64,000 nucleotides of DNA from positions 875-64,874 of the forward strand of contig JBBQJD010000007.1 in assembly GCA_038325595.1 (NCBI GenBank), written 5' to 3'. Position numbers and translations under genes: made by a program. Origin of the DNA: Bacteroidales bacterium (GTDB lineage Bacteria > Bacteroidota > Bacteroidia > Bacteroidales > VadinHA17). Positions 44,635 to 53,709 of this stretch are shown here, one piece after another. Positions within the stretch are counted from its first letter, which is position 1. Each line of letters opens with the position of its first letter. Below the pieces are notes generated by a model. That model ran no database searches. It saw only the letters and a list, made by a program, of their open reading frames with translations, and had not been told where the DNA came from.

Positions 44635-46128
44635 GTGAAAAATGCAGAACTAAAACCAAAACATTTTTTATTACCGCAAAGGCATGAACCAGGATATCTC
44701 GTCTTAGCTTCTTTGTGGATCTATTTCATGGTATTTACAGGTTCTCCCGTATATTCCCAACCCGATTCCTTGGTTACATACCTTGAAATCGCCGCAAAGA
44801 ACAATCCTGCTGTCTTACAGAAGTTTACTGAATATCAGGCCTCTCTGCAGAAAGTTCCGCAAGCCGGCAGTCTTTCAGATCCGCAACTTGATATCGGAGT
44901 ATTCCTGTCACCCATGGAACTTATAAATGGCAATCAGGTTGCTGATATAAGATTAATGCAGATGTTTCCATGGTTTGGGGTACTGAGAAATGCCAAAGAT
45001 GAAATGAGCCAGATGGCAAATGCAAAATTTGAACAATTCCGTGATGCAAAGCTGCAGGTATTTTATGAAGTGCAGCGAACATGGTATGAGCTTTATAAGA
45101 TCAGAAAAGATATTAATATTTCTGAAAAAAACATTGAGATACTTAAAACGATTGAAAGACTGGCCCTTATAAGATTCAAAACTGCACCAACAGGAGGATC
45201 TTCAACAACGCCATCATCTTCAGGGTTACCATCCGGTTCTTCTGAGAGTACTTCCTCTGGTGCCGGATCTCCGGGGATGAAGGGGATGAGCGGAAGTACA
45301 ACCACAACAGGAAATGCACCTGCCGGCCAACCCTCAATGCCATCTGGTACAATGAGCTCATCCTCAAGTAGTTCAAGTTTGTCTGATATTTACAGGATTC
45401 AGATTGAAGCAGGAGATCTTGAAAATAACATTTCACTTCTGAAAAACCAGGAACAGACTGTAACAGCACAGTTCAACAGTTATTTGAACAGGAATTCTGC
45501 CTCAGCAGTTTTCACATCTGACACTCTGATTGCAGACACGCTTGACCTTACTTTGTCAGCTGTTACGGATTCCATTAAATCAAATAATCCTATGCTAAGC
45601 ATGATAGAATTTGAACAGAAATCCTATCTGGCCAGGAAAAGAATGGTAAAAAAAATGGGGTATCCCATGGTAGGTCTTGGAATTAATTATTCCATCATCA
45701 ACAACAATGAAATGGCTGCTTCTCCTTCCATGAACGGGAGGGATATGATTATGCCAATGGTTTCCGTGACCCTTCCGATTTATAGAAAAAAATATAATGC
45801 AATGCAAAAAGAAGCAGACCTGCTTGGCAATGCTGCAAAGTTTAATTATGAGTCAATTTCCAATGAATTGCACAATGAATATTATCAGGCTGTTCAGCTT
45901 TATCAGGATGCCACGCGAAGGATAAAACTATATGAAAATCAATACCAGCTGGCTTCAAAATCCCTCACTCTCATGCTTAGAAGCTTTTCAACTTCTGCTT
46001 CAGATATGACTGATGTCCTGAGAGTTCAGCAGCAGACACTTGATTATGAACTTAATAAAATTGAAGCTGTTGCAGACCTTAATACATCAGTTGCATGGCT
46101 TAGAAGGTTAATGGCTTCCACCGAATAA
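44635..46128 (+). CDS. TolC/CusC-like outer-membrane efflux protein with a Ser/Thr/Gly/Met-rich insertion
   Basis: OEP-family repeats on both sides of low complexity at 45181-45380. GTG start 1 nt after the cusA stop. Confidence 0.8.
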   Translation: MKNAELKPKHFLLPQRHEPGYLVLASLWIYFMVFTGSPVYSQPDSLVTYLEIAAKNNPAVLQKFTEYQASLQKVPQAGSLSDPQLDIGVFLSPMELINGNQVADIRLMQMFPWFGVLRNAKDEMSQMANAKFEQFRDAKLQVFYEVQRTWYELYKIRKDINISEKNIEILKTIERLALIRFKTAPTGGSSTTPSSSGLPSGSSESTSSGAGSPGMKGMSGSTTTTGNAPAGQPSMPSGTMSSSSSSSSLSDIYRIQIEAGDLENNISLLKNQEQTVTAQFNSYLNRNSASAVFTSDTLIADTLDLTLSAVTDSIKSNNPMLSMIEFEQKSYLARKRMVKKMGYPMVGLGINYSIINNNEMAASPSMNGRDMIMPMVSVTLPIYRKKYNAMQKEADLLGNAAKFNYESISNELHNEYYQAVQLYQDATRRIKLYENQYQLASKSLTLMLRSFSTSASDMTDVLRVQQQTLDYELNKIEAVADLNTSVAWLRRLMASTE

Positions 46129-46148
46129 GAAAATGAAAAGATATAAAG

Positions 46149-47978
46149 ATGAAAAACCAGAGATTTTTTGATAAAAAGTACATTAAATATAGTCTTCTGC
46201 TGATTCTGGGGATCTTCCTGGGATGGTTGTTCTTTCATACCTCAGATAAGGACAAAGGTAAGGAGGATGCAACAGTCGTTCAACAGGAGGGCGCTACTGA
46301 AAAAGTCACAACATGGACATGTTCCATGCATCCGCAGATAAGAATGGATCATCCGGGCGATTGTCCGATTTGTGGAATGGATCTGATCCCTGTTGGACAA
46401 GGTGGCGGTTCGTCTGACGATCCTGATGCAGTCCATATAAGCAGGGAAGCAGCACAGCTTGCCAATGTTCTCACATCAACTGTTTCCAGGCAAAATCCTG
46501 TAAAGGAAATACGCCTGTACGGGAAGGTTCAGGCTGATGAAAGATTATATCAGAATCAGGTCGCCCATGTACCAGGTCGTATTGAAACCTTAACGGTAAA
46601 TTTTACAGGTGAAACTGTAAGGAATGGACAGGTGCTGGCTGAAATCTATTCACCTGAGCTTATAACAGCACAGCAGGAATTACTGGAGACTGTTAAAACA
46701 AAGCAAATCCAGCCTGAATTGTATGAAGCTTCAAAAGAGAAGCTCAGACAATGGAAACTTTTTGAAGATCAGATAGATGCAATAGAATCTTCAGGAAAAG
46801 TAATAAATAACTTTAAAGTCCTGTCAGGCACCAGTGGAACAGTGATAGCCCGCCGGGTAAACACAGGCGACTATGTATCAGCAGGGACTGTTTTATATGA
46901 AATTGCTGATCTCTCCAAAATGTGGGTTTTGTTCGATGCATATGAGAGTGATCTTCAGTTTTTAAGAAAAGGCAAAAAAATCAGTTTTACACTGCAGGCA
47001 TTTCCCGGTACTGACTTTTCAGGTATCATTGCATTCATAGATCCTGTTATTGATCCGGTTACCAGAGTAGCTAAAGTAAGGGTGGAATTGCCGAATAAAT
47101 CGGACAGGCTTAAACCCGGAATGTTTGCATCAGGAGTTGTTTCTTCAGATCTGGATGAATACAGGAATGAAATTGTTATTCCGCGTTCCGCAGTTCTCTG
47201 GACCGGCAAAAGATCGATCGTATATGTCAGACAGTCTGATACTGATGAACCTGTTTTTAAAATGCGTGAAATTGAACTTGGTCCCTCCCTTGGCGAGAGC
47301 TATGTGGTCATTAACGGACTTATTGATGGAGAAGAAATAGTAACCAGCGGTACGTTCAGTGTTGATGCTTCTGCGCAGCTCGAAGGCAAACCCAGCATGA
47401 TGAATCCTGCAGGAGGAAAGGTCTCAACCGGTCATGATCACGGAGCAATGACGAACCAGGGCGTGGATACGCCTGAAAATTCTCAAAAAGGAACCCCAGG
47501 GAAGACAGAGTTCAACAAGATCAGTGTAAGTATGGATTTTGTTATGCAACTTAATGAGGTTTATGAACGTTATATTATTTTAAAAAATGCGCTGGTTGAA
47601 AGCAATCCTGAAAAAGCAGGACAGGAATCGGACAAATTAAAGGAAGCTCTTGCAAAAGCAGATATGAAACTTCTCTCCGGTGATGCTCATACAAAATGGA
47701 TGAGTATGTTGAAAAATCTTAATAACCATGTAAGCTCCATCTCAAAGTCAGGTGAAATAGAAGAACAACGTGACGCTTTTTCAGAATTAAGCGATCAGCT
47801 GTATTTGACCATAAAAACATTCGGTTTGATGGGAAAAACAGTTTACTATCAATTCTGTCCCATGGCAAAAAATGATAAAGGCGCATATTGGCTTAGCGAA
47901 ATAACTGATATCCGGAATCCTTATTATGGGAAATCAATGCTGACATGTGGTGAAACGAAAGAAACACTAAAGTATTAA
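46149..47978 (+). CDS. cusB: RND periplasmic adaptor (CusB-like) with an N-terminal HMBD and a C-terminal DUF3347-like domain
   Basis: WTCSMHPQIRMDHPGDCPICGMDL, then a membrane-fusion-protein core (barrel-sandwich/beta-barrel), then a C-terminal helical domain ending ...YYQFCPMA... Confidence 0.85.
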   Translation: MKNQRFFDKKYIKYSLLLILGIFLGWLFFHTSDKDKGKEDATVVQQEGATEKVTTWTCSMHPQIRMDHPGDCPICGMDLIPVGQGGGSSDDPDAVHISREAAQLANVLTSTVSRQNPVKEIRLYGKVQADERLYQNQVAHVPGRIETLTVNFTGETVRNGQVLAEIYSPELITAQQELLETVKTKQIQPELYEASKEKLRQWKLFEDQIDAIESSGKVINNFKVLSGTSGTVIARRVNTGDYVSAGTVLYEIADLSKMWVLFDAYESDLQFLRKGKKISFTLQAFPGTDFSGIIAFIDPVIDPVTRVAKVRVELPNKSDRLKPGMFASGVVSSDLDEYRNEIVIPRSAVLWTGKRSIVYVRQSDTDEPVFKMREIELGPSLGESYVVINGLIDGEEIVTSGTFSVDASAQLEGKPSMMNPAGGKVSTGHDHGAMTNQGVDTPENSQKGTPGKTEFNKISVSMDFVMQLNEVYERYIILKNALVESNPEKAGQESDKLKEALAKADMKLLSGDAHTKWMSMLKNLNNHVSSISKSGEIEEQRDAFSELSDQLYLTIKTFGLMGKTVYYQFCPMAKNDKGAYWLSEITDIRNPYYGKSMLTCGETKETLKY

Positions 47979-48012
47979 TTGGAAGGAAACATAAAAATTA
48001 AAAAATTCAGGT

Positions 48013-48540
48013 ATGAAAAAAATTCTCTTAATTACAGCGATAACAATATTTGTTCTGGCTGCATGCAAAAAAACAGAAAATGATTCTGTAGTATCTGTTA
48101 ATGGAACATATTCGGGTACACTTAACAGACTCAGCTCTGTTGGTTTGCCTCTGGAATTGTCCGGTGATAGAACTGCAACAGCAGTTGTAACCGGGAAAGA
48201 AAACAATCAACTTGAGGTCCATTGCTTAGGTGATGAGCTGGACACAACTTTCATGCTCAATTCTTATCAGTACCATGATAGTTTAATGGTATGTCTGACC
48301 GGAAATGATTTCAATGATATGTACGGACATATGTTAGGTCAGGGACATATGTCAGGAGGTATGATGGGAGACAGAGGTAATAATGAAACTGATTGGGAAC
48401 ACCATATGAATGATGAGCATATGGATAGGGATGAACATTTTGGCGGATTTGACATGATTAAAAATACCTTCCTTTACAAATTTAAAATGACTGAAGGTGA
48501 CTCAATCTATTATCTGAAATTCACTGGCATGAAACAATAA
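48013..48540 (+). CDS. Lipoprotein with a His/Met-rich segment, putative periplasmic metal binder
   Basis: Lipobox LAAC. MYGHMLGQGHMSGGMMGDRGNNETDWEHHMNDEHMDRDEHFGG. Confidence 0.55.
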   Translation: MKKILLITAITIFVLAACKKTENDSVVSVNGTYSGTLNRLSSVGLPLELSGDRTATAVVTGKENNQLEVHCLGDELDTTFMLNSYQYHDSLMVCLTGNDFNDMYGHMLGQGHMSGGMMGDRGNNETDWEHHMNDEHMDRDEHFGGFDMIKNTFLYKFKMTEGDSIYYLKFTGMKQ

Positions 48541-48577
48541 GTATTGTAAGAAACTGAACTTTATATGCACACATACG

Positions 48578-48612
48578 AACTGCAAGAGGCTTGAATCAAT
48601 ACTCTTGCAGTT
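48578..48612. terminator. Candidate bidirectional terminator hairpin between convergent genes
   Basis: Perfect 11-bp stem AACTGCAAGAG / CTCTTGCAGTT with a 13-nt loop. No strong T tract. Confidence 0.45.
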
Positions 48613-48634
48613 GCCAGTTCTGAAAATCCTGATC

Positions 48635-50815
48635 TTAGAATGAGAGTTTGATGCCTCCATTAACAACAAATCCTTCTAAGGGTGCGTAAATATCCCTGAA
48701 TACAGGATCGGAGATCGTTCCCGTATATATACTATCAAATCTTGTCTGTTTTGTATTACTGAAATTTTCGAAATTAACAAATACCGAAAACCTATCCCAA
48801 AGCTTTTCAACCATGAGTCCTGTTATCCAGTATCTCTGACCATTGAGTCCATCGTTCAGCAACTGCGGTCCGGTATAGTAAGCTTCCAGTCCAATCTTAA
48901 GGTTTTCTTCTATTTCATACATCAAAACATTATTTAGCCTATGTTTAGCAACCAATGGATACTTTGAGATTTTTTCATCATAATGCTGATTTACGTCTGC
49001 TAATGTATATCCGATAAAGAGTTTGAAGTTGCTGAAAGTAAATTTGATATTTGTTTCAATTCCCCTGGTTTCGATGAATCCATTGGGTTGGATGAATTCA
49101 TAGTAACCACCTGACTGAGGTTCAAGGATTAAAGGATTTTTTACCTGTGTATAAAAGAACAAGGTGTTGATGGTCATGAATATCTTTTTTGACAGAGAGG
49201 TTCTGAAATTCAGGTCGAAATTTCCGCCAAACGATTTTTCAGCATGAGTTTCTGTTTCATCAACAGGTACTACATTCCGGAATTGAATTCTTTCTGCGTC
49301 TTCAGTAAATACCGTAGGGATCTTATACCCTGGTCCGCCTCCAAGACGCGCCGAAAGCTTATTATTAACTTTCAGCAGTGCAGAAAATCTGGGCAACAGG
49401 AAAAATCCATACTTATTCTGATAATCGCCACGGAAACCTGTTTCAAGGCTGACTTTGCTGGTAATACTCCATGTGTTCTGGATAAAACCACCCAATGTAG
49501 TATGATTATAATCAACCTTTTGAGATGTGTAAGATTTATTTTCAGAAAATTTATCTGTCCAAAGATTTCCACCTCCAATCCATTCAGATTTGTTATTCCT
49601 GTGACTATAGTTCACCTCGCTGAAGGAAGAATACTGAATCCCTGTGAAAATGAATCCGGGTGTATTAATACTTCTATCATAGTAACTTAAGCTGTTCCTG
49701 AATGTGAGAGTAGAGTTATCATTAAAATTATGGTTAATATTGAGTTGTGTGCTGAATCGGTTAGTCTGGTTTTTCTCAAAATAGGAACGAGTACTATCTC
49801 CTGTTCCGTTAATATATTTTACATCACCACCTATACGATCTTCCACAGTGCTGTTGAATCCAAAATTCAATTCCGTTTTATCCGACAAATAGAGAAATAG
49901 TTTAGGATTAATAGTAATGCGTTTGAATTTTGGTATTGCAGTAAATCCGATACCCGACGGATCATAAGCTGTGCCCTTATTGTATGAGGCAAAAACTGTA
50001 GTTCCGATTTTTTCGAATCTTTGCGAATAAAAACCACTCGCATCAAGACCTAATGCTGATGTACCGTTAAGAAGAAAGTTTAATTCCCTGTTTTCTCCAG
50101 GTGTTTTTGATATGAGATTGACAAGTCCGGCGATAGCTCCTCCTCCATAGAGTGTTGATGCAGCGCCTTTAATAACTTCTACCTGCTTTAAATCCAGGGG
50201 AACAATCTGTAACAGGCTCAAGCCTCCGGAGAATCCTGAATACAAAGGCATCCCATCTTTCAGTATCTGGGTATATTTCCCATCCAGACCCTGAATACGT
50301 ATGCTTGAATTATAAGAAGTAGCAGAAGTTTGTTGAGTCTGGATCCCTGTGCTCTCGTTAAGCATCATCCTGATATCACCCGGCTTCATATTACCTTTCT
50401 CTTCAAGCTCCTCTCCTGCTATAAATTCTGCTCTGGTAGGAATATTCCCGATGGTCCTTGTACTTCTTGTGGAAGAAATTTTTACCTCTTCAATTTCTTC
50501 AGCCTCACTTTCCATTAAAATTTCAGGTATTTCTAAGGTTCTTAGCGGAAAAACCATTGTGTCCACCCGTTGCTTATAACCTATATAGCTGAAAATAATG
50601 ATTTGTGGACCATCCGGGATATTTTTGAGCTCTGCTAATCCTGCATTATCAGACATAGCACCAATTGTTGTACTATTCAGAAGTACGGATGCGCCGGTTA
50701 AAGGTTCTCTTGTTAATGCGTCTTTGATGATGGCTTTAAAAGTATTCTGGGAATATATGTTTGAAACGCTAAAAACAGCGATCAACAATAAAACAAATTT
50801 TTTCATTGAAATCAA
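48635..50815 (-). CDS. TonB-dependent receptor with an N-terminal CarboxypepD_reg-like domain
   Basis: Signal peptide, FKAIIKDALTREPLTGASVLL, plug domain, beta-barrel and terminal ...GGIKLSF. Confidence 0.88.
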   Translation of the reverse strand: MISMKKFVLLLIAVFSVSNIYSQNTFKAIIKDALTREPLTGASVLLNSTTIGAMSDNAGLAELKNIPDGPQIIIFSYIGYKQRVDTMVFPLRTLEIPEILMESEAEEIEEVKISSTRSTRTIGNIPTRAEFIAGEELEEKGNMKPGDIRMMLNESTGIQTQQTSATSYNSSIRIQGLDGKYTQILKDGMPLYSGFSGGLSLLQIVPLDLKQVEVIKGAASTLYGGGAIAGLVNLISKTPGENRELNFLLNGTSALGLDASGFYSQRFEKIGTTVFASYNKGTAYDPSGIGFTAIPKFKRITINPKLFLYLSDKTELNFGFNSTVEDRIGGDVKYINGTGDSTRSYFEKNQTNRFSTQLNINHNFNDNSTLTFRNSLSYYDRSINTPGFIFTGIQYSSFSEVNYSHRNNKSEWIGGGNLWTDKFSENKSYTSQKVDYNHTTLGGFIQNTWSITSKVSLETGFRGDYQNKYGFFLLPRFSALLKVNNKLSARLGGGPGYKIPTVFTEDAERIQFRNVVPVDETETHAEKSFGGNFDLNFRTSLSKKIFMTINTLFFYTQVKNPLILEPQSGGYYEFIQPNGFIETRGIETNIKFTFSNFKLFIGYTLADVNQHYDEKISKYPLVAKHRLNNVLMYEIEENLKIGLEAYYTGPQLLNDGLNGQRYWITGLMVEKLWDRFSVFVNFENFSNTKQTRFDSIYTGTISDPVFRDIYAPLEGFVVNGGIKLSF

Positions 50816-50876
50816 GCTAATGTAAATACTACAAATTATTAGATGAACACTGGTCCATTCATCTGATTCTCACACA

Positions 50877-51191
50877 TTAACTTATTTTTGGAGGTTGCCA
50901 GATATAGTTGATAAACTCAGAAACAAAACGTGTGTAACTTATCGTTTCCTGAGTATTCATGATTATTATTTCCGGGCCGGATGAAGAAGATATCCCTGTT
51001 AAACTAAACCCTGTGCATGATCCGCAGGCAAAAAAGGGAGAACAAATATCATTGCAATCATCATCATTATCATTATCATTCTGCTCTGTTTTCTGAACAT
51101 AAATATTATCTCCTCCGATCTCATCAATACAGCAAGGTTTTGATAAGAGCAGCAGAACATAGAAAACTAATGTGAATGATAAAATTTTCAT
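50877..51191 (-). CDS. Small secreted Cys-rich, Asp/Asn-rich protein (DUF6660-like)
   Basis: Signal peptide ending KPCC. NDNDNDDDCNDICSPFFACGSC. C-terminal IWQPPK. Directly upstream of the TonB-dependent receptor. Confidence 0.45.
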   Translation of the reverse strand: MKILSFTLVFYVLLLLSKPCCIDEIGGDNIYVQKTEQNDNDNDDDCNDICSPFFACGSCTGFSLTGISSSSGPEIIIMNTQETISYTRFVSEFINYIWQPPKIS

Positions 51192-51460
51192 TGTGCAAAG
51201 TTACGAATTATTGGTATAATCCGGCACTTAACTAAGTGACAGATAAAAAACCAATCAGAAAGATTGGGTTAAACGTTATTATAATATCTAAGTTTGAGTG
51301 ATTAAGTAACAATATGTTCATTATTCTTTTTTACAAAAATACTATCCATTATAAAACAGATAGTTACAGAATTTATTAATAGATTTGCAGAATTATTTCT
51401 AATAGATTTCAGGGCACTAAGCCAATGGAGAACTGGTGGGCAAAAGTTGAATAAAATATA

Positions 51461-52120
51461 ATGAAAAATAAATCAAGAATTGCAATTGCCGATACACAAT
51501 TTCTGATTGTTGATTCACTCATACATCTTATTGAATCAGAAGATAAATATATTATATGCGGGTTAGTCTATAACAGATATTCTCTTTTTGAACTTTTGAA
51601 GTCAAACACCCCTGATCTGCTTATTACCGATTACAACCTTATCGATTATGAAAGCCCGGAAGATTTTAAATTTATAATGGAAGATTTTAAGAACCTTCCT
51701 ATATTAATACTAACCAATCAGATAACTACCGGGGAACTTGAAAGACTGATGAAATCCGGTATAAGAAATATTTCCTTGAAGACTGATGAAAAGGAAGATC
51801 TGCTGTCTTCAATTGAAATGGCAATGAGACATAAGAAACATTTCAGCGAACAGGTTCTTGAGATGATCATAGGAATAGGCGAGAATAAGAATATACCTGC
51901 GGAATCCTCTAGCCTGACACATTCTGAGATAGAAATCGTAAAGCTTATTGCTGAAGGATACACCACTAAAGAGATAGCTCTGAAGAGACACATCAGTACT
52001 CATACTGTTATGACCCACAGGAAGAATATTTTCCGGAAACTTGAAATTAATAATGTCTCTGAATTGATAAGGTTTGCTGTACGTAAAAGTCTGATTGATT
52101 ATACAGACTACATCATCTGA
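51461..52120 (+). CDS. NarL/FixJ (LuxR)-family response regulator, no adjacent histidine kinase
   Basis: REC domain (IAIADTQ..., DLLITDYNL) plus a C-terminal LuxR HTH (LTHSEIEIVKLIAEGYTTKEIA). Confidence 0.85.
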   Translation: MKNKSRIAIADTQFLIVDSLIHLIESEDKYIICGLVYNRYSLFELLKSNTPDLLITDYNLIDYESPEDFKFIMEDFKNLPILILTNQITTGELERLMKSGIRNISLKTDEKEDLLSSIEMAMRHKKHFSEQVLEMIIGIGENKNIPAESSSLTHSEIEIVKLIAEGYTTKEIALKRHISTHTVMTHRKNIFRKLEINNVSELIRFAVRKSLIDYTDYII

Positions 52121-52135
52121 CATTTTCTGATCAAT

Positions 52136-52176
52136 ATACCATAAACATGGTATGATAAATGACTGATATATGGTAT
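52136..52176. promoter_or_regulatory. Heptamer motif cluster ATACCAT-N4-ATGGTAT plus a third ATGGTAT
   Basis: Inverted heptamers at 52136-52153 and a direct ATGGTAT at 52170-52176. Lies between the response regulator gene and the CBS operon. Confidence 0.35.
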
Positions 52177-52257
52177 TTCGGTGATGCCGGGCATGTGTAT
52201 CTTTGTATCGTTATCTTACACAAAAAAATCTCACATTTTAGCCGGAAAGAACCAGCA

Positions 52258-52286
52258 TCCATCAGGCATACAGTCTGCCTGATGGA
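52258..52286 (+). promoter_or_regulatory. Perfect 11-bp-stem hairpin in the CBS operon leader
   Basis: TCCATCAGGCA-TACAGTC-TGCCTGATGGA, ending 35 nt before the ATG at 52321. Confidence 0.45.
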
Positions 52287-52320
52287 TAAATAACTTTCTT
52301 AATATCAATTATTTACAGCA

Positions 52321-53709
52321 ATGAAAAACAAATTACAAGTTAATCACATAATACTCGAAACTATAGGAAATACTCCACTGGTTGAACTTAGGAAACAGGA
52401 TACAGGATTATGCCGGTTATATGTAAAGCTTGAGAATCAGAATCCCGGCGGCTCCATCAAAGACAGGATAGCTCTGTCAATGATTACAGAAGCAGAAAGT
52501 AGCGGCAGACTAAAACCCGGAGGAACTATTGTTGAAGCTACTGCAGGCAATACCGGTATTGGTTTAACTCTGGTTGCAAGGATGAAAGGTTATAAAGTTA
52601 TTCTGGTGATTCCTGACAAAATGAGCCAGGAAAAAATTAATCTCCTGAGAGCCATGGGAGCTGATGTAAAATTAACACGATCGGATGTAAATAAAGGTCA
52701 TCAAGATTACTACCAGGATATGGCCGAAAGAATTGCCGCAGAAACTCCAGGTTCTTTTTATGCAAACCAGTTCGAAAACCCGGCTAATCCATATGCTCAT
52801 GAAACGACCACCGGACCTGAAATCTATAAGCAACTGAATGGTAATGTAGATGCTGTAGTCTGTGGAATAGGGTCATCCGGCACTCTTACAGGATTGACAC
52901 ATTATTTTAAAAAGACCAAACCGGATGTAGAGTTTGTTATTGCGGACCCCCAGGGGTCAATTATAAAGGATTTTGTAACCGCCGGAACAATCGGGGAATC
53001 GGGTTCATGGTTCGTTGAGGGAATCGGAGAGGATTTCATCCCTCCAATTGCTGATTTTTCCCTGACAAGGAAAGCATATACAATCAGCGATGAAGAAAGC
53101 TTTTTTACTGCAAACAAAATTCTTCGTGAGGAAGGTATCCTGGCAGGATCATCATCCGGAACCCTCATAGCAGCTGCCATCAAATACTGCCGGGAACAAA
53201 CACATTCTAAAAATGTCGTCACGTTCGTTTGCGACAGTGGTAATAAATATCTTTCAAAGATGTTCAATGAATTCTGGATGCGTGATAATGGCTTCTCAAA
53301 AAAACCTGAAAAAGGCAATCTGAATGACATAATAAACCGCCGGTTCTCTGATAATGAGATTGTCTGTCTGCGCCCAGATGACTTAATTAAAAATGCATAT
53401 CAGAAAATGAAAATGTACGATGTCTCACAGCTTCCTGTTGTAGAGGGAAAATCAATCAAGGGCATTATTGATGAATCTGATATACTGGATGTTATAATAT
53501 CAAAAAAAGGATCCTTTTGCTCGCAGGTAAGGGATTCCATGACCACCAATCTTATTACTCTGTCCTCAAACAGCAGCATTTCAGAGGTCATGAGTATTCT
53601 ATCTTCAGGAATGGTGCCTATTGTTGTGGATAAGAACATATTTATAGGTATGATCACAAAAATTGACTTAATTAACTACCTGAATAATAATAAAATATAC
53701 CAGGAATGA
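52321..53709 (+). CDS. Cystathionine beta-synthase (PLP domain plus a tandem CBS pair)
   Basis: [10 protein letters not shown] and AGNTGIGL blocks in a CysK-like fold, followed by two CBS domains in the C-terminal ~130 aa. Confidence 0.85.
   Translation: MKNKLQVNHIILETIGNTPLVELRKQDTGLCRLYVKLENQNPGGSIKDRIALSMITEAESSGRLKPGGTIVEATAGNTGIGLTLVARMKGYKVILVIPDKMSQEKINLLRAMGADVKLTRSDVNKGHQDYYQDMAERIAAETPGSFYANQFENPANPYAHETTTGPEIYKQLNGNVDAVVCGIGSSGTLTGLTHYFKKTKPDVEFVIADPQGSIIKDFVTAGTIGESGSWFVEGIGEDFIPPIADFSLTRKAYTISDEESFFTANKILREEGILAGSSSGTLIAAAIKYCREQTHSKNVVTFVCDSGNKYLSKMFNEFWMRDNGFSKKPEKGNLNDIINRRFSDNEIVCLRPDDLIKNAYQKMKMYDVSQLPVVEGKSIKGIIDESDILDVIISKKGSFCSQVRDSMTTNLITLSSNSSISEVMSILSSGMVPIVVDKNIFIGMITKIDLINYLNNNKIYQE

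Noticed and set aside
37434-51191. Mobile genomic island or integrative element carrying the cus genes
   Set aside because: There is no integrase, transposase, tRNA attachment site or conjugation gene in or around the block. Only the indirect evidence of split sulfur genes remains, and that is reported as a finding.
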